Assembly: GCA_020697715.1 (NCBI GenBank)
Contig: JAEHCO010000005.1
Location: forward strand, 32,001-96,000
DNA: 64,000 bases
Source: Methanobacteriota archaeon
GTDB lineage: Archaea; Thermoplasmatota; Thermoplasmata; SG8-5; JAGLSY01
Reading direction: 5' to 3'
Part shown: positions 1-11,488 of the stretch, piece by piece
How the letters are laid out: every line of letters starts with the position of its first letter
Numbering within the stretch: the stretch's first letter is position 1
Made by a program: the position numbers and the translations under genes
The notes under the pieces: model-generated
Told to the model about the DNA's origin: nothing
The model's database searches: none
Seen by the model: only the letters and a program-made list of their open reading frames with translations

Positions 1-82
1 GATCGACTATCTCATCCAGAGGCCAGGACGTGACCATTTCAACTTGAATATCCTGCTTTTCCAATCAAACACCATCCGATGA

Positions 83-676
83 TCATTTCAATATTTCGTA
101 AAATTCCTCGATTGGCATGGTAGCCAGATGCCTGCCCAATTTGTCAAATATCTCCTTGAACTCTGGAAGAGCATGCGATACCTCATGTGCTTCTTTGGAT
201 TCCCAAAAGGTCACTAGTATGTACTTCAGTGGCTCGATCTTCATATCCGTCAGATCCCCTGGTAGGAAACTCCCAATGGCGGACATGCCATCCACCCTCA
301 GGACCTTGGATCCAAGAAAACCATCCATGCTCTCTGTGGCTCTGCATAATTGCATTGCCTGGGACATGAAATCACCCTCCTCCCCAGGTCTCAAAGATAT
401 GAAGTTCAGGGCGCAGATTATCGGCCTGCCATCGGTCTCATAGGAGTTCTGCTCCTCCAATGTAAGGACCTGTGACTCGATGCCCATATCCTCAAGCCTT
501 TGCTGGCCTATCCTGGATCTATGCATGGTATTGCAGGCCAGCTTGACATCCTTGTCCTTCAGGAATTCCTCATGGAATATCAGATCATAATGGGGTATGT
601 TGAAAGCACCCTTGATATGTTCTCTAACAAATTCCTCTCGCGATCTCACATCGATTATTATCTCAGACTTGCTCAT
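83..676 (-). CDS. Rhodanese domain fused to a sulfur oxygenase reductase (SOR)-like / ABM-fold domain (197 aa)
   Basis: Start reassigned to the ATG at 676 (MSKSEIIIDVRS), just after the upstream stop at 684. Rhodanese motifs IDVRSREEF..EHIKGA.NIP and active-site loop CNTMHRS. C-terminal half contains LC..T...GFLG, TFWESKEAHEVSH and PIEEFYEIL. Confidence 0.75.
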   Translation of the reverse strand: MSKSEIIIDVRSREEFVREHIKGAFNIPHYDLIFHEEFLKDKDVKLACNTMHRSRIGQQRLEDMGIESQVLTLEEQNSYETDGRPIICALNFISLRPGEEGDFMSQAMQLCRATESMDGFLGSKVLRVDGMSAIGSFLPGDLTDMKIEPLKYILVTFWESKEAHEVSHALPEFKEIFDKLGRHLATMPIEEFYEILK

Positions 677-683
677 AATATCA

Positions 684-1211
684 CTACATGAATCTTTCAA
701 AGCGTTCCTTCGTCGCCTTGCATATCGGGCATACTGGAGGGGGATCGTCCCTTGCAGCCAGATAGCCGCAGACCTTGCATCTCCAGACAGGATAGGCAAG
801 TCCAGAGGGTGCTTCCGCCCCACTCGCTTCATCTTCCTGAACTGGGATCTGGGCCTTCTCGATCTTCCTTTCTGAATAGGATGGTCTTCTGTCTGGTATT
901 GGTTCTGGTTGGGCGTCGCCACGCTTTATCTCATCCGAGACATAAAGCGCGCAATAGCAGGCTCCGAACTCATTGAGATCCGCATCCCGGTAATCGCAGG
1001 GGCAGACGATGTCCAGATCATCCGCTTTATCGCCATCGGCCAGCCTACACGGGCATGCCCAATATCCGTAAGTCTCTTCATTGATCAGCAAGCCCTCGAT
1101 GAGCTCTTTCACGAAGTCCGTATCTGGACTTAGGTGATAGCCGAATTTTTCAGCATCCGCATCCAGTTTCTTGAATGTAGTTTCGATCTTTTCTGGAGGA
1201 ATATCACTCAT
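684..1211 (-). CDS. Ferredoxin:thioredoxin reductase catalytic subunit-like protein with C-terminal rubredoxin-like domain (ferredoxin:disulfide reductase, FDR type)
   Basis: CPC...CPC...CYC FTR motifs and C-terminal WRCKVCGY...CPIC. ATG at 1211 overlaps the glutaredoxin stop (ATGA). Confidence 0.9.
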   Translation of the reverse strand: MSDIPPEKIETTFKKLDADAEKFGYHLSPDTDFVKELIEGLLINEETYGYWACPCRLADGDKADDLDIVCPCDYRDADLNEFGACYCALYVSDEIKRGDAQPEPIPDRRPSYSERKIEKAQIPVQEDEASGAEAPSGLAYPVWRCKVCGYLAARDDPPPVCPICKATKERFERFM

Positions 1212-1483
1212 ACGCCAAGGGCCTCCTTGATCTCTTCCTCTTTGAAGCCCACTATGCATATCTCGTCCCTGATGACCAGTGTGGGGAATGAGGTGCGCTC
1301 ATTCCACTTTGCCACTTCCTTGATACATGCCTCGCGGGCCTCCCCGGCCAGCTTGTCCACGAACTCAACTTCATAGGCAACTCCCAGTTCATTCAGTAAA
1401 TTCTTCGTTTTCTTGCACCAGCCACATGTGCTGAGTGCGTACAATACGACTTTCCCCTTGTCAATTCCATCAACATGTTCCAT
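1208..1483 (-). CDS. Glutaredoxin / NrdH-like redoxin
   Basis: LYALSTCGWCKKTK (CxxC), SFPTLVI, IVGF. SD GGAGTGA upstream; alternative starts at 1489 and 1492. Confidence 0.9.
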   Translation of the reverse strand: MEHVDGIDKGKVVLYALSTCGWCKKTKNLLNELGVAYEVEFVDKLAGEAREACIKEVAKWNERTSFPTLVIRDEICIVGFKEEEIKEALGV

Positions 1484-1567
1484 AATCATCACTCCTAAAT
1501 TTGTACTCTATCATATATTATCGATAGATAATCTTGGTTCAGGTATATATTTACAACCCCTGTTGAA

Positions 1568-2185
1568 TCAATCTTCTTTAAAGCGCTTCAGCCTAAACAC
1601 ATTCTCACGCTCAAGCTCTTCCAGCCTCATCATGATCATGTTTTCCGCAGTCTTCAACTCTGGTATAACTTTGAACTCCAGCGCATTAACTCTCCTCTTG
1701 GTTCCAGATATCTCTTCCAAGAGCTTCTTCAACGTGGTCTCTATCTCGGCGGCCCTTACAATTTCCTCCACCAGTTCCTCATAAGCTTCCGCTGCTTCAT
1801 CGATCCTGGTAGATGTGCCTATCAGACCATAACCGCGCTCGTCAATTCGCTTTCTGACCTTCTCGCCCTTGATCTTCGGAACAACAACACCCATCACGTT
1901 CTTCGTGTACAGGGAGATGGTTGGAACTTCAGCGGCTGCAAACGCCGCTGACCTCACTCCCATCTCACCTTCCACTGCTTCGGCGATGGCCAGCTTCCGC
2001 TCCGCGGTCGTGCATTTGTACATGATGCTACCGCGAACCTTTTTCGCCTCCTCCAGTATCTCGAAGAATTCAAGAATTAGCCCATCTCTCTTTTTCTTGA
2101 GAAGGTCGTAACCTTTCTCAGAGAATTTGATGCGCTTCTTGACATCGAGCAGTTCGGATCTTGTTGGTTTGAATTCCCTGGCCAT
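1568..2185 (-). CDS. atpD: A/V-type ATP synthase subunit D
   Basis: KPTRSELL, GYDLLKKKRDGL, TKRRVNALE motifs; operon position. Confidence 0.97.
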   Translation of the reverse strand: MAREFKPTRSELLDVKKRIKFSEKGYDLLKKKRDGLILEFFEILEEAKKVRGSIMYKCTTAERKLAIAEAVEGEMGVRSAAFAAAEVPTISLYTKNVMGVVVPKIKGEKVRKRIDERGYGLIGTSTRIDEAAEAYEELVEEIVRAAEIETTLKKLLEEISGTKRRVNALEFKVIPELKTAENMIMMRLEELERENVFRLKRFKED

Positions 2186-2244
2186 GTGTTGTTTCCTCTT
2201 TGTTTTATTTTATTTAATTATATTTGATCTTGTCATTTCAATTA

Positions 2245-3633
2245 TCACAGCTTACTTGGTTTTTTATGCGCTGGGTGATAGGCATTTATGATCTTATTAT
2301 CGATCTTCGTAAGAGAAGCCTCTGGTATGTGGGACAGTAGATCCCAGCATATACCCAATGTCTCCTCGATCGGCCTATCATCCTCATATCCCTGCCTGAC
2401 AACTTTATCCTCGAAGCCATCCGCGAAGTCCAGATATTTTCTGTCAGCTTCGGATAGAGCTTCCTTTCCAATTATGGACACCAGTGATCGCAGGTCTTTG
2501 CCATTAGCGTATACCGCGTAACACTGATCGGATACCGCTTTGTGATCCTCACGCGTCATGCCCTTTCCAATACCGGAATCCATCAGTCTTGACAATGATC
2601 CAGATATATCGATAGGTGGGTAGATACCCTGCCTGTGCAGATCTCTTGAAACGATGATCTGGCCCTCGGTGATATACGCACTCAGGTCAGGTATCGGATG
2701 TGTGATGTCATCATCCGGCATGGAAAGAATTGGGATCTGTGTTATGGTACCCTTTCTTCCCTTTATCCTGCCCGCTCGCTCGTACATGGTGGCAAGATCG
2801 GTGTACATGTAACCCGGATATCCTCTCCTGCCAGGAACCTCTTCCCTGGCAGCTCCTATCTGCCTCAAGGCCTCGCAATAGTTCGTTATGTCTGTTAGAA
2901 TGATCAGGACGTGCATGTCGAGATCGAAAGCCAGATATTCGGCGGCTGTCAATGCCATCTTCGGTGTGATAAGACGCTCAATTGTTGGATCATTGGCCAG
3001 ATTCAGGAACACGACCGATTTCTTGATCGCACCAGTTCTCTCGAACTCCCTCATGAAATGCTGTGCTTCCTCATTGGTGATACCCATGGCTGCAAATACC
3101 ACAGCAAATTCCTCTACTTCGGCCAACACCTTCGCGTTCTTGGCTATCTGAAGCGCGATGTCATTGTGCGGAAGACCGCTACCAGAGAAAATTGGAAGTT
3201 TCTGGCCTCTCACCAAAGTGAACATACCGTCTATCGTGGATATGCCAGTCTGAATGAATTCCTTTGGCTTCTCACGAGCATAAGGATTGATAGCTCCGAC
3301 AATTATCTCTTTCTTTTCTTTGGGTATGATCGGTGGCCCGCCATCCAATGGCTGGCCAGCACCGCTCAGGATCCTGCCTATTATATCGGGTGAAACACCC
3401 AGCTTCACAGTCTCTCCCAGGAATTTCACGGTCGAATTCCTGTCGATACCGTCAGTTCCCTCGAAGACCTGGACAACCACCATGTCTTTTGAAGTATCAA
3501 GGACCTGGCCTCTCTTCCTGCTTCCATCGGAGAGTGTGATGTCCACTATCTCGCCATAGCCCACATGCTCTGTTTTCTCGAGGAAGACCAGGGGGCCAGC
3601 TATCTCCGTGATAGTTCGATATTCTTTTCTCAT
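2245..3633 (-). CDS. atpB: A/V-type ATP synthase subunit B
   Basis: [52 protein letters not shown]. Start ATG at 3633 after SD GGAGGG. Confidence 0.98.
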   Translation of the reverse strand: MRKEYRTITEIAGPLVFLEKTEHVGYGEIVDITLSDGSRKRGQVLDTSKDMVVVQVFEGTDGIDRNSTVKFLGETVKLGVSPDIIGRILSGAGQPLDGGPPIIPKEKKEIIVGAINPYAREKPKEFIQTGISTIDGMFTLVRGQKLPIFSGSGLPHNDIALQIAKNAKVLAEVEEFAVVFAAMGITNEEAQHFMREFERTGAIKKSVVFLNLANDPTIERLITPKMALTAAEYLAFDLDMHVLIILTDITNYCEALRQIGAAREEVPGRRGYPGYMYTDLATMYERAGRIKGRKGTITQIPILSMPDDDITHPIPDLSAYITEGQIIVSRDLHRQGIYPPIDISGSLSRLMDSGIGKGMTREDHKAVSDQCYAVYANGKDLRSLVSIIGKEALSEADRKYLDFADGFEDKVVRQGYEDDRPIEETLGICWDLLSHIPEASLTKIDNKIINAYHPAHKKPSKL

Positions 3634-3689
3634 TGTGAATCCCTCCACTTCGCTACGGGCTTATCAATGCGCTCCTTGCAGTCGCTCAT
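3630..3689 (-). other. Mini-[22 protein letters not shown] bridging atpA and atpB (double-hairpin element)
   Basis: Its ATG overlaps the atpA stop (ATGA, 3686-3689) and its TGA overlaps the atpB start (ATGA, 3630-3633). Hairpin ATCAATG...CATTGAT. Confidence 0.6.
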
Positions 3690-5476
3690 TGATTCACCTC
3701 TTTGAGTTTCTCCACCTTACTGGATGGTTCAGCTTCTCCTCTCATGTCCGTGCATTCGCCCATCATGCAGTCCATGACCTTTTTCAATTCTGCATCGAAC
3801 TCGGGTTCGTATTTGACCTTCGCAAGGTCGTCCTTGGATTTCATGGACATTATCTTCGTGATCGGCACACCTACTGAAAGCAGGTCCATTGAATCATCAT
3901 TGAACTTCTTGATACAATCAATTAAATTCTCCTGTCTGGATGGTTTACAGAAGGTGTCCACATCGTGGAATGCATTTTGCTGAAGGAAGTATTCTCTCAA
4001 CATCCTGGCCACCTCGAGCAACACACGCTGATCATCCGGTAATGCATCGGCTCCAACGAGCTGAACTATCTCCTGTAACTCGGCTTCTTTCTGGAGAACT
4101 CCCATAGCCCATTTTACCTTGCTGGACCAATCTTTGTCCACATTCTCACTGAACCATGGGTCCAATGACTGTGAATATAAACTATATGAATTCAACCAGT
4201 TGACAGCAGGGAAATGCCTTCTTTCCCTGAGCTTGGTATCCAGAGCCCAGAAGACCTTGACGATCCTCAATGTGGCTTGCGTAACTGGTTCGGAGAAATC
4301 CCCACCCTGTGGAGATACAGCCCCGATAACAGATACCGAGCCTTCCTTTCCATTGAGCCCGCTCACACGGCCAGCTCTCTCATAGAAAGCGGATAATTTG
4401 GATGACAGGTAAGCTGGATATCCTTCTTCCCCAGGCATTTCTTCCAGCCTGGAGGATATCTCTCTCATCGCCTCGGCCCATCTTGATGTTGAATCAGCCA
4501 TCAGTGCGATATCATAGCCCATATCACGATAATACTCGGCCATCGTGATACCTGTGTAAACTGAAGCTTCTCTTGCAGCCACTGGCATATTGGAGGTATT
4601 GGCTATCAGGATCGTCCTGTCCATAAGAGGAGCACCTGTCTGCGGATCCTCCAGTTCGGGGAATTCCTTGAGCACATCGGCCATCTCATTGCCCCTTTCA
4701 CCACAGCCGACATATACGACCATGTCCGCGTCACTCCACTTGGCCAGCTGATGCTCGGTGACTGTCTTCCCAGTTCCGAATCCACCTGGAATTGCAGCAG
4801 TTCCGCCCTTGGCTATCGGGAAGAAAGTGTCCAGAACCCTCTGACCTGTGATAAGTGGTATATCGGGTGCGAGTTTTTCCACGATCGGCCTGGGGTTTCT
4901 AACTGGCCAATTGTGATACATCTTCAACTTATCGCCACCGTCCAGTGTTGCGATTATCTCATCGATATTGAAATCTCCACCCTTGATATCCGTGATCGTG
5001 CCAGATATTCCAGGGGGCACCATGATATAATGCTTGATATTCTTGGATTCCTGAACCCAGCCAATTATCGAGTTCGGAGATACTTCATCGCCCACATTGG
5101 CTGTTGGATTGAATGTCCATATCTTTTCGTGATCCAGACCAGGTACATTGACCCCTCTCTCAATGATGTCACCCATCTTCTCCTGAAGCACTTCCAGGGG
5201 TCTCTGAATTCCATCATATATGCTTGTCAGAAGCCCGGGCCCGAGTTCCGCAGTCAATGGCTCGCCGGTATCCGTAACTGGCTCACCTGGGCGGATACCC
5301 GAGGTATCCTCATAGACCTGGATGATGCTCTTTTCTCCAATTATCTGGATAACCTCTCCCATCAGCTTTTCCTCGCCGACGAATACCACATCAAACATCC
5401 TAGGCTCTATGCCAGTTACCGTGACCACAGGACCTGCAACCCTGAAGATCTCACCTGTTCCTTTCTCTTCGCTCAT
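3686..5476 (-). CDS. atpA: A/V-type ATP synthase subunit A
   Basis: P-loop [29 protein letters not shown]. Start MSEEKG at 5476. No intein seen. Confidence 0.98.
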   Translation of the reverse strand: MSEEKGTGEIFRVAGPVVTVTGIEPRMFDVVFVGEEKLMGEVIQIIGEKSIIQVYEDTSGIRPGEPVTDTGEPLTAELGPGLLTSIYDGIQRPLEVLQEKMGDIIERGVNVPGLDHEKIWTFNPTANVGDEVSPNSIIGWVQESKNIKHYIMVPPGISGTITDIKGGDFNIDEIIATLDGGDKLKMYHNWPVRNPRPIVEKLAPDIPLITGQRVLDTFFPIAKGGTAAIPGGFGTGKTVTEHQLAKWSDADMVVYVGCGERGNEMADVLKEFPELEDPQTGAPLMDRTILIANTSNMPVAAREASVYTGITMAEYYRDMGYDIALMADSTSRWAEAMREISSRLEEMPGEEGYPAYLSSKLSAFYERAGRVSGLNGKEGSVSVIGAVSPQGGDFSEPVTQATLRIVKVFWALDTKLRERRHFPAVNWLNSYSLYSQSLDPWFSENVDKDWSSKVKWAMGVLQKEAELQEIVQLVGADALPDDQRVLLEVARMLREYFLQQNAFHDVDTFCKPSRQENLIDCIKKFNDDSMDLLSVGVPITKIMSMKSKDDLAKVKYEPEFDAELKKVMDCMMGECTDMRGEAEPSSKVEKLKEVNQ

Positions 5477-5480
5477 TCTT

Positions 5481-5783
5481 TCATCCTCCTTTGAATAGAT
5501 CAATTCCAATAACTCTCTTAACTTTCTCTCTCAGGTCGCTCTCTTCTTCTCTGCCAACAGCGACAACGACCGGGCTGACGGATGCCAAGAATTTTCTTCT
5601 GGACTCTTCCGACAGCGATTGAAGGGACGAGTTGTGTATCACCACGATTCCAACATCCTCATCCTGCATAATCTCATTAAGTTTATTTTCGATATCCACA
5701 TCATTCGCGACATGGATCTTTCTGATACCAACAAGCTGATAGCCCAGCACGAAATCATTTGTACCCAATACAGCCAGTTCCAT
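5481..5783 (-). CDS. atpF: A/V-type ATP synthase subunit F
   Basis: [18 protein letters not shown] and [13 protein letters not shown]. Confidence 0.95.
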   Translation of the reverse strand: MELAVLGTNDFVLGYQLVGIRKIHVANDVDIENKLNEIMQDEDVGIVVIHNSSLQSLSEESRRKFLASVSPVVVAVGREEESDLREKVKRVIGIDLFKGG

Positions 5784-5897
5784 TCAGACCATCTCCTGTA
5801 TCGAGGATGGTGTAAAATGAAATGCTTTTATCCATTTCATTCAGACCATCTCCTGTCGGGGATGTTGTAAAATGAAAAATATCTTGATGTTTTTCAT
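5784..5897 (-). repeat. Two tandem 57-bp double-hairpin units, each an 18-aa mini-ORF (MKNIKIFFILQHPRQEMV at 5841-5897; MKWIKAFHFTPSSIQEMV at 5784-5840)
   Basis: Both units read ATGAAA...TTTCATTTTACA...CAGGAGATGGTCTGA. They fill the atpC-atpF gap exactly, with TGA-ATG junctions throughout. Confidence 0.85.
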
Positions 5898-6980
5898 TCA
5901 GTTCACCAGCAATCCCCTTATCGTGTCAATGTCCAGGCCGCTCTCTTTTCCTCTTGCGATTATCCGTAGATTATCTACTTCTATCTTCTTAAGAATCAGA
6001 TAATTCAGAATGGGAAGCACGGATAATGGATACACCTTGGCGAACTTGTCCGCCTGCTTGAGCAAGTGTTTCTCCGCCTGCCTGGTCATCTCGTTCAATG
6101 TCATTTTCTCCTCAACTTTTTCAGAGGCTTCCGCAATGTCCTCGTAGAAGGAGAACCTTTGAAGTTCTCCTATGAACTGCTGATACGAGGTCGCGGCCAA
6201 TAATGCCTTCATACCCGCACCCTTCAGTTCTCCTCCACCAGGTATCATATACTGCTCGGGATCATTGATGCCTTTTTCATGCAATATCAGATCGAATTTT
6301 ATCTTCATAAGAGTTGTAAGATTCTCAATATCTATCTCTTTCTTTATGAAGTTCAGGAAAAGGGCTGTGGAACGAGATTTGACCGCGGATGCGGATGTGA
6401 TAAGTGTAGCATAATACGCCTTGTCTATCTCATTCTCAAAGGATATTAGAGTTGTTATGGCGGTTGATTCTCCAATATTCCTCATAGCTTTCTCAAGTGA
6501 GTGATGATACGGCGTGCCTTTCAGGCCAGCTATGACCTCGGGGATCGAGCCAGACCTTGCCAATTCCTCAAGTTTTGCCATCTTCATGGTCCCACTGGGT
6601 GTCAATTCCGCGATTATCGCTTCTGCATCTGCTTCGTGAAATTTACCTCTGAGAATTGTCTTTATATTCCATACATCCACCTTCCCAAGATAATGGCTTA
6701 CCAGATCCTTTAATTGACCCTCACAGAAGGTCATTATCTGATTATATATCATAGCCAGATTGGCATTGGTAGCCCTCTCAACAAGAGCCGCTCCCGAGAA
6801 ATCAGATGATAGTTTCTCGATCTCGGCCTTATACTGGCTGTCTCCGATATATCTGGATATACCTGGCAAGTCCATGACTGAAAGCCTTAGATATTCATCC
6901 TTCTGAATAAGGAAGCGTCTCTTGGCCCTTACCCTTGTACAGGCATAGGGATAATTACTGGATGCACGACTGAACTTCAA
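5898..6980 (-). CDS. atpC: A/V-type ATP synthase subunit C
   Basis: NYPYACTRVRAK, DVWNIKTILRGK, KKIEVDNLRIIARGK. Probable TTG start at 6980 after SD GAGGGTGA; start is uncertain. Confidence 0.93.
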   Translation of the reverse strand: MKFSRASSNYPYACTRVRAKRRFLIQKDEYLRLSVMDLPGISRYIGDSQYKAEIEKLSSDFSGAALVERATNANLAMIYNQIMTFCEGQLKDLVSHYLGKVDVWNIKTILRGKFHEADAEAIIAELTPSGTMKMAKLEELARSGSIPEVIAGLKGTPYHHSLEKAMRNIGESTAITTLISFENEIDKAYYATLITSASAVKSRSTALFLNFIKKEIDIENLTTLMKIKFDLILHEKGINDPEQYMIPGGGELKGAGMKALLAATSYQQFIGELQRFSFYEDIAEASEKVEEKMTLNEMTRQAEKHLLKQADKFAKVYPLSVLPILNYLILKKIEVDNLRIIARGKESGLDIDTIRGLLVN

Positions 6981-6991
6981 ACTTTTCACCC

Positions 6992-7552
6992 TCACTTGAA
7001 GAGCATGTCGGCCACTTCGCCGATCCTCTCCGCCCATAGTTCCTCAAGAAGCATCTCGTAGGTGAGATTCAATCTCTGAGTTCTATCCGAGCTCTCTATT
7101 ATCATCCCGCCAGAACATTTTATGGTTCCAGCGAATTGGTACTGAGACGCCAATCTCTTAACAGCAACAGAATCCTCTTCATTGGAATACACAGAGCCAC
7201 TTGGAATGATCTGGACAGCCTGTTTTATCAGGCCATTTATGATCTGTTCCTTCTTAGGCGTGGAAGCAGCTATCAAGCTCTGGAAGGTCTTTTCCTTGAC
7301 CTTGTCCAGTATCTCTTTTTCAGCTGTAAGTCTATCCCTTCGACCCTCTACATCGGCCGATGATACTTCCTGCTCCTTGTTCAGTTTTATCTGCTTCTCA
7401 GCTTTTTCTCTAGCCTGGGTAACCAATGCTTTAGCCTCTGTCTCTGCCTTATTGATTATCTGAAGTGTTTCCTGTCCGCCCTGTTTGATTATGATATTGG
7501 ACTCACGTTTACCCTTCTCGATCACCTTTTTCGCGACTTCGTCTAAGCTCAT
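6992..7552 (-). CDS. atpE: A/V-type ATP synthase subunit E
   Basis: MSLDEV, N-terminal coiled coil, GGMIIESSD, VADMLF; operon position. Confidence 0.93.
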   Translation of the reverse strand: MSLDEVAKKVIEKGKRESNIIIKQGGQETLQIINKAETEAKALVTQAREKAEKQIKLNKEQEVSSADVEGRRDRLTAEKEILDKVKEKTFQSLIAASTPKKEQIINGLIKQAVQIIPSGSVYSNEEDSVAVKRLASQYQFAGTIKCSGGMIIESSDRTQRLNLTYEMLLEELWAERIGEVADMLFK

Positions 7553-7569
7553 TTGCTAACCTCTTTCAT

Positions 7570-9893
<2,324 letters not shown>

Positions 9894-9904
<11 letters not shown>

Positions 9905-10223
9905 TTGCCTTCCTCTCGAACTCTTGAATTAAAAAATTCATTGCCTGGTCAATATTGGCATCAGCCTGTGACCGCAGTGCTTCTATCTGATTATTGGAAC
10001 GAGTCCTCAGGATCTCCTTTTCCTTTGAGATATCCTCTACGGACTTTTTCAACATATTATCATAAAGCACCTTGGACCTGGCCTGACCTTCATTCAACTT
10101 GGCCAAGGCTTCATTTCTCGCTTTCGCAAGATCTTTTTCTTTTCTCTGGAGGGCGGAGGTCTTTAGCTTTTCAGCTTTCTCCTCCGCATCCTTTATCACA
10201 TTCAAAATATCTGCTTTATTCAT
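9894..10223 (-). CDS. atpH: A/V-type ATP synthase subunit H (G)
   Basis: Short coiled coil ILNVIKDAEEKAE; first gene of the operon. ATG at 10223 after GCGGTGA. Confidence 0.85.
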
Positions 10224-10560
10224 GGCAGTCACCGCTGTCAATGATGGTAGATTTGGAGAGGATAAAACACTCATTTATATTAACCCTTATGGCTAATATG
10301 TTAACAATTTCATACACTTTTAGACAAATATTAACACAGTTAATTAAGAGCAATAACAATAATGTTCAATATTGGCCGTATATCTCCAACCATAATGGCA
10401 TAAGATCATTGATTCATGAACATCCCTGACACTATCTCCAAACATGGTTGTTCTGCTTTATATAATACGGGAAAAAATTGTAAGATGTCATAGGCACTGA
10501 TTTAAGGAATATATTCTGACTTTCACTCCTATGCCTCAAAGGAGAAGTATTTTATAATCA

Positions 10561-11391
10561 ATGACAGATGAGAAATTGATGGAGATCAATGAGATCAAGA
10601 GCAAACTTGGAAGACTGGGTATCAAGCCTTCCAAGAGATTCAGCCAGAACTTTCTGATAAGTGAGAATATCGCCCGTAGACAGGTAGAAGCGGCAGGTAT
10701 CCAGGATGGAGATCGAGTTCTGGAAATTGGGCCAGGCCTTGGTGTCCTTTCAAAGCACATACTGGACAAGACGAAGAATGTCCAATTCATTGAAAAGGAT
10801 CCTCATTTGGCAGGTTTCATCAGGGAAGAATATTCAGCAGATGTGATAAGTGGTGATGCGATGGAGGAAGACCTTTCTGGCTTCGATGTGGTCATAGCCA
10901 ATCTACCCTATCACATATCATCCGAGATCACCGTGAGATTGTTGGAGGCGGGCTTCAGAACAGCCATCCTGATGTTCCAGAAAGAATTCGCTGTACATCT
11001 GACCGCCAGTCCGGGAAGTCGGGATTATTCCCGTATCACGGTATTCAGAGAATTCTACTCGGATGCGGAGATCATCATGGAAGTTCCAAAAAGTAATTAT
11101 TATCCAGTACCCAAAGTTGATTCATGCATTGTGAAACTGGAAGGCCATGAGCCCCCCTTCCAGCCCAGGGATATCGATCAATTTTTCAAAATTGTTAGAA
11201 TACTATTCTCTCACAAGAAGCGTACTGTCAGGAATGCATTGGTCTCGGAGACTGGTGTTCTGGGCACTACCAAGGAGGAACTCAAACCCCTCCTGACGGA
11301 CCTGCCATTCGCGGATGAAAGGGCGTTCAATCTACCTCCTGAGAAGATCTATGAGATATCAGAGTACGTATACAAAATATTGAAAGAGTAG
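10561..11391 (+). CDS. ksgA: 16S rRNA adenine dimethyltransferase KsgA/Dim1
   Basis: SQNFLI, LEIGPGLGVL, ANLPYHISS, PVPKVDS. Confidence 0.96.
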   Translation: MTDEKLMEINEIKSKLGRLGIKPSKRFSQNFLISENIARRQVEAAGIQDGDRVLEIGPGLGVLSKHILDKTKNVQFIEKDPHLAGFIREEYSADVISGDAMEEDLSGFDVVIANLPYHISSEITVRLLEAGFRTAILMFQKEFAVHLTASPGSRDYSRITVFREFYSDAEIIMEVPKSNYYPVPKVDSCIVKLEGHEPPFQPRDIDQFFKIVRILFSHKKRTVRNALVSETGVLGTTKEELKPLLTDLPFADERAFNLPPEKIYEISEYVYKILKE

Positions 11392-11488
11392 TCTTTGAAA
11401 GAGTATAACTTCATTTAGTAAATGAATGACTTTGAAAGAAGATATCTACCTTTGTCAAGTTTTGTATTTTGAATTAATCTATTATGAA

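Noticed and set aside
677-922. 82-aa N-terminal extension of the rhodanese ORF given in the ORF track
   Set aside because: It overlaps the FDR gene in another frame; the ATG at 676, just after the FDR stop, gives a clean rhodanese start.
2186-2244. Short ORF MTRSNIIK in the atpB-atpD spacer as another bridge element
   Set aside because: It is not coupled to either neighbour, has no hairpin and shows no similarity to the element family.
5784-5897. CRISPR mini-array
   Set aside because: Only two units, variable parts of just 10-14 nt, and no cas genes or leader.
5784-5900. In-frame TGA codons between atpC and atpF as selenocysteine or readthrough producing a C-F fusion
   Set aside because: Each TGA is followed by ATG and the two internal ones are preceded by an SD. 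TGA is a normal stop throughout the window, and the peptide sequence is not conserved between the two units.
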